Positions 60,808 to 64,000 of a stretch of DNA of 64,000 nt are shown piece by piece. The first letter of the stretch is position 1. Every line of letters starts with the position of its first letter. The stretch is taken from positions 682,001-746,000 of the forward strand of contig JAKMXF010000343.1 of assembly GCA_024704765.1 (NCBI GenBank), in the 5' to 3' direction. Position numbers and translations under genes: made by a program. This DNA is from Oopsacas minuta. Lineage: Eukaryota > Animalia > Porifera. Under the pieces are notes generated by a model. That model was given only the letters and a program-made list of their open reading frames with translations. It ran no database searches and was not told the DNA's origin.

Positions 60808-63000
60808 CATAGGCGTAGCTAGGGCTAATTATATGGTGGGGCACATATATACATTGCATGGGGGAGAATGCGGAATTGACGCAATTACAATAACATTGCA
60901 ATTAATTACTTTCAATTACGTGAAAAAATGATACGTTATTCTCTCATTAACACAATTGATCCCATAAATATATCTATGTGACATAAGTGCATGCAATGGA
61001 ACAATATCAATGAAATTCAGAGTGCCGCTGACTTGAGAAGCAAATTTGCCCACAATCAAGTCAAGTTCCGATTCTAAACTTCTAGCTACCTCAGCCTCAA
61101 TCGTTGTTGCTCCATTGTGATTCGAAGGTAAGTTTTTAGTCTCCTAAGTGAAGAAAATGACCACTCTGGAGGAGACGCCGTGGAAACAGGTATGCATGCT
61201 GCTATCAGGATCAGTTTCCATACTAGGGGAAACATAACAGTCAGGTTCATAACCACAAATAGCTGCGCCAGTTTAGGGAACAATTGGGGTGTCTTGAATA
61301 TAATTAGTTTTGGCGTATGTGTGGAAACTCTCACCTCGCACTCCAGCTGATGACAATCAAAGTCGTAGAACTCAGCCAATTTATATATTGAGTGTGAATT
61401 TGACTCCAATTTCAGTAGCACACGCAAGATTCCATAATCATTCCCTGCAAAGCGTTCTTTCAGCTCTGATGTGAGGACATCAATTGTAGTATAGAAGACA
61501 ACTGCCTGGTAATAGTCTTCAGCAGATATGTAATCCATCCTCAAGACGTCTGAGAAATTTGCGCCTTCGAGGCTCAGTTAGTGGGTCCAATTGATGGTCC
61601 TCAGCAAACTTCAGTGCACTACTCCAAAGACGGTAAAAAAGCTCCATTTCTGATACTGATTAGAGTGTCCGCTACACATCCCATTTTCCCCCGTATTAAT
61701 GATATGTCGAGGTTATGAGACTGAAGTTCTCGGGAAAGGAGTCAGTAATTCCAAATAGGTAATCCAAAATCTCTATCATGATTACGAAATCGAAGGTCGA
61801 AATATGCCTCAAAATAGATACAGCATCAGCACCTGACTTGGCGACATCAAGCTCAGTAATGTCTTCCAACGATTGGAGAATGGCAGTGTACGTATGTTAG
61901 CTTCACTGCATATAGAGCACTGTAACGGCATGACCAACGGGTTTCATAAAGTGCTTTTAATGTAACTGGTTGACGAATTCCCGATTTGTGTTGTATATCC
62001 TGAAACAGATGATAACGCTTTGCTGAACCCTCAATGAAGAATATAGTGTGGACACAGTACCCAAAGCATTTCTAACTTCCCTGATGTTCCTGCAAGCATC
62101 AGCAAGAACAAGATTCAATTGATGCGCATATCAGTGCACGCACAACACTCGATACTTCTACTTCTGTACTCTTGAAGCAAGGCCAAAGTATTTTCCACGC
62201 ATGTCCGCAGCTCCATCGTAACATTGAGCTCGTACATTATGAATGGACAGAAATAGCTCATATAGAACATACTTCAGGAGATCATACAATGATTTACCAG
62301 TTGTGCTGACACATTTCCAGAATCACACTAAACGTTCTTGCATAATGGCGTTGCAACCTTTAACAGAAAGATAGCGTATGCAAACGGTAGCCTGTTCTAC
62401 TCTAGCAATGTCCATAGTCTCATCGGCCATCACTGCAAAGTATTGACTCCCATGTACTTCTTTCACAATTCGGTCATGAATCAAAAGCCCAATCATAGGA
62501 ATTAGTTCGTTTTGAACTTGAGGACTGGTATATGTGATTCGGTTCAACGCAAGGTATTCACGTAGGTCTTTGTTATCCTTAGGTCGTAAAGCCAGGATTT
62601 CCAGAAATTACCACGGTTAATCGAGGCCTCTGGCTCACCATGACCATGTAATGCAATGCTCTGCCTCACCAAAATACAATAGTCTCAGATAATAATTCGC
62701 AGGTATGCACTGTCTTCTCAACCTGTGCTTTGTGTACTGAACTAAGCTGAGATGCAATTGATTCTTTCCGTGTATTTACTAAAGTCCAGATAGTCATTGC
62801 AGAGTGATGCACACTCGCATCATTATGATCCCTGAATCTCTCAGTTGCATTCTTCCAGTAACGAAACCCTGCGTACGTAAATGCTGGCCCTACACACCCT
62901 GGGTGACTTGGTATAAACATCCGACATGGAAAGACAAAAGGCAGAGTAGAGTTTCAAACTGTATTCTAACCATGGGCGACCTACAAACCACTCAGGTCGG
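60808..63000 (-). mobile_element. Decayed hAT (TTF zinc finger/DUF4371/hATC) element, 5'-truncated at the microsatellite
   Basis: WLEYS..AFC, YTSPQVQNELI, FAVMADETMD, QCYDGAADM, HCYAHQLNL, SFSSLRRLKTYLR; end CATAGGCGTAGCTAGG at 60808. Confidence 0.85.
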
Positions 63001-63002
63001 AA

Positions 63003-63137
63003 CATACATACATACATACATACATACATACATACATACATACATACATACATACATACATACATACATACATACATACATACATACATACATACATACA
63101 TACATACATACATACATACATACATACATACATACAT
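63003..63137. repeat. (CATA)33 microsatellite
   Basis: Direct count of a pure tetranucleotide run. Confidence 0.95.
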
Positions 63138-63691
63138 CAGGGAAAAAAATGAGACTACCAAGACACCAAGCCTACAGGATGTCAAAGTTCACATGGAGTC
63201 ATCTGGAGCTTACACTGGAATATTTCCAGAGATATTCAAGTTACTCAACATAATTCTTGTTCTTCCAGTAGGAACAGCTTCAGTTGAGAGATCTTTCAGC
63301 CACATGAAGCAAATTAAAACAAGACTTCGAAATAGACTTAATGATGCTAATTTGGCTCATTTAATGAGGATCGCAATTGAAGGGCCAGAACTATCCTCGG
63401 TTAACTTTGATGAAGTTCTTAAAGTATTTAAAGAGAAAAATCGTCGAATACAGTTATAGTTTAGCATATAATTATTAGTGATACCAATATTTTAATCTCC
63501 CTATTTTTGTGATCATAATTAGTATATATTGAAGTATACACATAGCATCTTTGTTGTAATGTCGCACGTTCAATATTATTGTTTAATACACGACAAACAA
63601 TAATAACCTACTCAAATTCAAGATTTCTGGGGGGGGATAATTGTGCCTGGGTGGGGAAGGTTCCAGGGCCCCCCCTCTGTATGAAACCCTG
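63138..63691 (+). mobile_element. 3' end of a hAT element (hATC domain plus terminus)
   Basis: FPEIFKLLNIILVLPVGTASVERSFSHMKQIKTRLRNRL; terminus CCCCCCTCTGTATGAAACCCTG. Confidence 0.82.
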
Positions 63692-64000
63692 ATAGTATAA
63701 TTTCTAATTATTTGTGTAAATTGATGCTATTATTACTTGTGTATGTATAACAACTCTTTTGTGTGTAATTTAAAACTGAATATTATCTCTATGAATGTAT
63801 TTCAGATATTACCTGTATAATTCTATATGAGATATTACCTGTATAGATGTTTGTATAATATTATGTATGTGTACAGATTGCATTTACGTAATGTTCAGTT
63901 TCAAAATATATATATGAAAGAATTGAATATGGTTTTTACTTTTTAGCATTTATGCATTCAGATTTACAATAATGAACTGGAGCTTTGGATCCTAGATACT

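Noticed and set aside
62804-63253. ORFs with YIHT or MYVC repeats
   Set aside because: Translations of (CATA)33.
8000-63700. Uni-strand piRNA-cluster-like TE trap
   Set aside because: Transposase remnants are split roughly evenly between strands; small-RNA data would be needed for a dual-strand claim.
1-64000. CRISPR array, rRNA genes or prokaryotic operons
   Set aside because: No regularly spaced repeat-spacer array and no rRNA-like sequence seen; the DNA is intron-containing eukaryotic sequence.

Overview
AT-rich eukaryotic (animal) genomic DNA with short spliceosomal introns and very dense, nested transposon remnants. The style of the NHL gene and TE set suggests an early-branching animal such as a glass sponge; this is inference and was not verified. 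Only two long host ORFs are intact: a TRPM-family channel with an uninterrupted CDS (11171-14311, +) and an intronless coiled-coil/NHL-repeat gene (39905-41071, +). The main finding is a Penelope-like retroelement (PLE) whose reverse transcriptase is split into two collinear halves (42469-~44900 and ~29083-30323, both minus strand). Between them lies a 12.1-kb block of intron-containing host DNA: the 3' half of a cortactin gene, the intact NHL gene nested antisense in a cortactin intron, and the 5' half of a Tuba/DNMBP-like SH3-RhoGEF gene. The RT halves rejoin in frame with canonical motif spacing when the block is removed. Both host fragments are decayed (single-base deletions, a TAG stop, a hAT insertion in an exon). 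Other elements include Tc1/mariner (DD37D, DD37E, two DD34D), hAT (Buster-type and DUF4371-type), P/THAP, Chapaev3, Ginger2, Gypsy and many MITEs. A Tn5/Nextera mosaic end next to an N at 3054 shows a local assembly artefact. All alignments were done by eye from recalled family motifs; no database search was run. The ORF track uses TTG/GTG starts, so several of its starts were corrected to ATG.
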